Below are positions 29,043 through 29,183 of a stretch of DNA of 29,183 nt, piece by piece. A program made the translations under genes and the position numbers. The notes beneath the pieces are model-generated. The model did no database searches. It was given only the letters and a program-made list of their open reading frames with translations, and was not told the DNA's origin. The DNA is from a virus. Position 1 is the stretch's first letter. Each line of letters opens with the position of its first letter. Where the stretch lies: positions 1 to 29,183 of the IMG/VR virus record IMGVR_UViG_3300033182_000875, one strand, 5' to 3'.

Positions 29043-29183
29043 ATTTTTTTTTTTGGCTTCAAAAAAGGAGGACCCCGAAAGGTCACTCCTCAATTTTTAG
29101 TTTAGTTGATTGTAACTCCTGACAATACATCAGAAAGTCCCAACCCGTCTGCGAGACGAACCATTGGTTCATCGCTGTAAGTA
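29043..29183. repeat. Terminal direct repeat, copy 2, identical to 1..141. It includes a duplicate of the terminator and of the 3' end of the 60..599 gene.
   Basis: Exact identity to 1..141 by direct comparison. Confidence 0.95.

Overview
The window is one complete, circularly closed dsDNA tailed-phage genome of about 29,042 bp. Bases 1..141 are repeated exactly at 29043..29183, which indicates an assembly overlap or terminal redundancy. I called 39 CDSs, and 37 of them lie on the minus strand.

Reading the minus strand downward, there are three blocks:
- **Early block (about 21768 to 15481).** It holds small orphan genes. Seven near-identical promoters of the form TTTG(G)-N19/20-TAnnTTTG drive it, and four strong rho-independent hairpins punctuate it. 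This promoter form is the Bacteroidota sigma-A consensus, so the host is probably a Bacteroidota (Flavobacteriia-like) bacterium. The block encodes a full-length sigma-70 family factor, a clamp-loader-clade AAA+ ATPase, a protein with three tandem HTH modules, and several candidate host-takeover proteins.
- **First late block (15415 to 60).** It opens with a second, ECF-like two-domain sigma factor. It continues with a CxxC protein, TerS, a ribbon-helix-helix micro-gene, TerL, a gene with a U9 slippery run, tail proteins, a tape-measure-like protein, a MuF/XkdF fusion, scaffold, major capsid and a tube-like protein.
- **Second late block (29036 to 22923).** It follows a bidirectional terminator and encodes a LamG-lectin protein, proteins with Pro/Thr linkers, a tail fibre, portal, a connector-like protein and an unannotated holin-like 55-aa ORF.

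Two plus-strand genes (an HTH protein and a zinc-ribbon protein) diverge from the early block across a noncoding control region of about 460 bp.

I recognised no DNA polymerase, integrase, endolysin, tRNA, CRISPR array or reverse transcriptase.

The most interesting leads are:
- the two-sigma cascade with two distinct promoter classes, the second apparently giving leaderless late mRNAs;
- the putative -1 frameshift;
- the set of tail proteins with Pro/Thr linkers and Cys-rich or lectin modules;
- several self-contained early cassettes: an acidic DNA-mimic-like protein, a secreted protein, a RelE-like protein and a possible sRNA.

All protein family assignments come from motif recognition by eye. 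They need HMM or structure-based confirmation.
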